In this document: positions 41,679-42,544 of the stretch, piece by piece | Position numbering within the stretch: position 1 is the stretch's first letter | How the letters are laid out: each line of letters starts with the position of its first letter | Assembly (NCBI GenBank): GCA_046086225.1 | Contig: JBJSXF010000064.1 | Span: 1 to 42,544 of the forward strand | Direction: 5' to 3' | Source: Actinomycetota bacterium | GTDB taxonomy: Bacteria; Actinomycetota; Acidimicrobiia; IMCC26256; PALSA-610 | Length of the DNA stretch: 42,544 bases | Program-made: the position numbers and the translations under genes | The notes under the pieces: model-generated | What the model was told of the DNA's origin: nothing | Database searches by the model: none | The model's input: only the letters and a program-made list of their open reading frames with translations

Positions 41679-41686
41679 GGTGGGTG

Positions 41687-41692
41687 AGCATA
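41687..41692 (-). promoter_or_regulatory. candidate -10 element (TATGCT) for a leaderless operon transcript
   Basis: A TANNNT hexamer on the minus strand lies 8 nt upstream of GTG 41678. No SD is present. Confidence 0.4.
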
Positions 41693-41879
41693 CGGCCTCG
41701 CGGCGTGGCAAGTAGGCCGTTCGGCCCGGTCGGATCGAGGCCGGATGGCGGCTCGCGAGCCCCCCTCGGTACCCTCGCCCTCCCCGGGGTACGCCGGTGG
41801 CGGACCATCCGCCCGGTCCCCGCCGAGGTCCGGTCCGACCGCCGGAGGGCGCCGACGGGCCCGCATCAGGAGGAACGCG

Positions 41880-42544
41880 ATGACCACGATCACGGCCGCC
41901 GTCACCGACGAGGAGCGCGTCGAAGACCTCTGCGCTGCGCTGCTCGCGGCCCACGACCCGAAGGCGACCCCGCCGGCCGAGTTCCTCGGCGCGCAGTACG
42001 ACCTGGGCCTGGCCTGGGTGCACTTCCCCGAGGGCGAGGGCGGACTCGGGGTGTCCCCGAAGCTGCAGAACGTGGTGAGCGCCCGGATGGCCAAGGCCGG
42101 GGCGCCCGTGCCCTACGGCCGGAACCCGATCGGCTACGGCATGTGCGCGCCCACGATCCAGGTGCACGGCACCGAGGAGCAGAAGGCGCGGTACCTCCGA
42201 CCCCTCTTCACCGGCGAGGAGATCTGGTGCCAGCTCTTCAGCGAGCCGGGTGCCGGCTCCGATGTCGCGAGCCTCGCCACCCGGGCCGTGCGGGACGGCG
42301 ACGAGTGGGCGATCGACGGGCAGAAGGTCTGGACGACGCTCGCCCACGTCTCCCGCTTCGGCATCCTCCTCGTCCGCACCGATCCCGAGCAGGTGAAGCA
42401 CAAAGGACTCACGATGTTCGTGGTCGACATGGCGGCGCCGGGTGTCGAGGTTCGTCCCCTCATGCAGGCCACCGGCGAAGCCGAGTTCAACGAGGTGTAC
42501 CTCACCGACGTGCGGATCCCCGACGCCGAGCGGCTCGGTGAGGT
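41880..42544 (+). CDS. acyl-CoA dehydrogenase (5' part; runs off the right edge)
   Basis: ATG 41880 is preceded by AGGAGGA. My translation is MTTITAAVTDEERVEDL...LFTGEEIWCQLFSEPGAGSDVASLATRAVRDGDEWAIDGQKVW...GEAEFNEVYLTDVRIPDAERLGE, closely similar to the ACAD at 29983-31182. It is absent from the ORF track because it has no stop in the window. Confidence 0.9.
   Translation, partial: MTTITAAVTDEERVEDLCAALLAAHDPKATPPAEFLGAQYDLGLAWVHFPEGEGGLGVSPKLQNVVSARMAKAGAPVPYGRNPIGYGMCAPTIQVHGTEEQKARYLRPLFTGEEIWCQLFSEPGAGSDVASLATRAVRDGDEWAIDGQKVWTTLAHVSRFGILLVRTDPEQVKHKGLTMFVVDMAAPGVEVRPLMQATGEAEFNEVYLTDVRIPDAERLGE

Noticed and set aside
41679-41879. Imperfect inverted repeats (ccggatgg...ccatccg; gtaccc...ggggtac) in the crotonase/ACAD divergent region as possible operators
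   Set aside because: The arms are short and mismatched and the spacing is irregular. No regulator gene is nearby, so this is indistinguishable from chance in GC-rich sequence without comparative data.

Overview
High-GC (about 70%+ by eye) chromosomal segment with actinobacterial character: F420-type LLM oxidoreductase, mycothiol/DinB-type isomerase family, PASTA Ser/Thr kinase, and an iscS-mnmA ... ligA ... gatCAB ... ilvD ... ilvBNC order resembling Mycobacterium/Corynebacterium. I did not run any database search. Most of the window is core metabolism. This includes single-chain methylmalonyl-CoA mutase with MeaB, IscS-MnmA, LigA, GatCAB, IlvD and IlvBNC, plus a 13-gene co-directional minus-strand array (41678->28606) of crotonases, an MFS transporter, a PLP enzyme, an amidase, a split AtuA/DUF1446 protein, PepN, an SDR and an ACAD. 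I saw no rRNA, tRNA, CRISPR array, transposase or integrase. Many long ORFs in the six-frame track are antisense or alternate-frame artefacts of the GC content. Observations worth a second look: (1) a two-gene nucleotidyltransferase cassette bracketed by ~57-bp direct repeats, whose right-hand copy looks like a decayed duplicate of the neighbouring LLM gene's 5' end; (2) a 26-nt tandem triplication of the gatA/gatB stop-start junction that forms a relay of coupled mini-ORFs; (3) an ilvB leader peptide (MPTDLTLVVVT) with an attenuator terminator; (4) a D-Ser-dehydratase-like gene with no in-frame stop next to a C6 run; (5) a Fpg/Nei protein with a Cys-Asp-Cys-His finger in place of Cys4; (6) TANNNT hexamers 6-9 nt upstream of 12 of 13 listed SD-less start codons, suggesting leaderless mRNAs. 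I found no clearly novel multi-gene system. The NTase cassette and the AtuA-containing operon are the best candidates.
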